Notes under the pieces: model-generated
The model's input: the letters and a program-made list of their open reading frames with translations, nothing else
Told to the model about the DNA's origin: nothing
The model's database searches: none
Shown: positions 63,726-64,000 of the stretch, in pieces
Layout: every line of letters starts with the position of its first letter
How positions within the stretch are numbered: the stretch's first letter is position 1
Translations under genes and position numbers: made by a program
Assembly: GCA_028534125.1 (NCBI GenBank)
Contig: CM052816.1
Location: 89,096,001-89,160,000, forward strand
Source: Lama glama
Lineage: Eukaryota
Direction: 5' to 3'
DNA: 64,000 nucleotides

Positions 63726-64000
63726 GTCTCCTGGAAAGAACAGATTTTACAGTAAAAAAATCTATTATGCAATATAATCAGTGAAGTTGTAGGTGAAATT
63801 CAGAAATGGTTGATTAAATAGGATCAGTGCTTATTTAATAATAAAAAAGTTGTATCATTAGAGTCCTCTTATGTGCAGAGTAAAATTCAAAACATAGAAT
63901 TGTACAGGAAAGATTTAGGAGACTTTAGAAAGGAGAGGTTTGGGTTTGAAGAATGAGATGAGAAAACCATCAATGTCAATAGTGACTAGTTAGTAATGAT

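Noticed and set aside
1..64000. The short ORFs (60-120 aa) in the supplied track as genes
   Set aside because: They are short, compositionally biased and often start at non-ATG codons. None resembles a known protein except decayed L1 ORF2 pieces, as expected by chance in mammalian non-coding DNA.

Overview
This is AT-rich, CpG-poor mammalian genomic DNA, not prokaryotic, and reads as intergenic or deep-intronic. It has two assembly gaps (500 N at 26248-26747 and 100 N at 49845-49944). I recognise no protein-coding gene, RNA gene or CpG island. The only ORFs resembling known proteins are decayed LINE-1 ORF2 pieces. The window is a mosaic of old eutherian repeats (L2, MIR, MaLR/ERVL LTRs, MER20, MER58, L1M-type LINEs), a few younger cetartiodactyl-type L1 3' ends with target-site duplications (TSDs), and one well-bounded ERV1-type solo LTR. 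These young L1 tails, with no visible CHR/Bov/PRE-1 SINEs, suggest a camelid; this is an inference. I found no convincing new biological system. The best sequence-level observations are: (i) a 27-bp micro-inversion inside L1 ORF2 that restores the conserved reading frame when flipped; (ii) an L1 insertion flanked by a ~66-bp duplication, far longer than a normal TSD; (iii) a solo LTR with overlapping GC-box/NF-kB/STAT motifs; and (iv) candidate spliced exons, including a 29-nt exon ending in ATG and an AG|GT recursive-splice-like site. Repeat subfamily names come from recalled consensus sequences, and many boundaries are approximate.
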